Below are positions 63,867 through 64,000 of a stretch of DNA of 64,000 nucleotides, piece by piece (position 1 is the stretch's first letter; each line of letters starts with the position of its first letter). A program made the position numbers and the translations under genes. The stretch is from Camelus dromedarius (Eukaryota), in the NCBI RefSeq assembly GCF_036321535.1, contig NC_087437.1, positions 106,704,001 to 106,768,000 of the forward strand, given 5' to 3'. The notes under the pieces are model-generated. The model did not search any database and was not told where the DNA came from. It saw nothing but the letters and a program-made list of their open reading frames with translations.

Positions 63867-64000
63867 GATTGGAATAATACAATGTACTTTATAAACTATA
63901 ATACTATTAGTTACTAATAAAATTCCAAAATATGAATACCAGAATTATTTCAAATCAGGAGTATTTGCTAAGTATAAAGATGGAGTTTAATGTTTAATTT

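Overview
Repeat-rich, AT-rich mammalian non-coding DNA (intron or intergenic), most likely from a camelid: it carries three copies of a tRNA-derived SINE matching the camelid vic-1 family. I can support no protein-coding exon. The ORFs in the track are decayed transposon remnants (L1 ORF2 C-terminus, ERVL pol, Tigger transposase), microsatellite artefacts or chance ORFs. Contents are layered transposon fossils: a decayed ERVL provirus with an LTR16-type LTR and nested insertions, further LTR16/MLT1/LTR33-like solo LTRs, old and young L1s (one 5'-inverted), L2/MIR, and MER20/MER5/MER45/Tigger DNA transposons. The most notable items are a tailless 5S rRNA retrocopy with a TSD, a TATA box plus candidate first exon with a CpG-retaining hairpin at about 27.4-27.6 kb, and small (TA)n-associated inversion/duplication structures. 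I found no convincing novel biological system. Repeat subfamily names come from memory of consensus sequences, and boundaries without a TSD or TIR are approximate.
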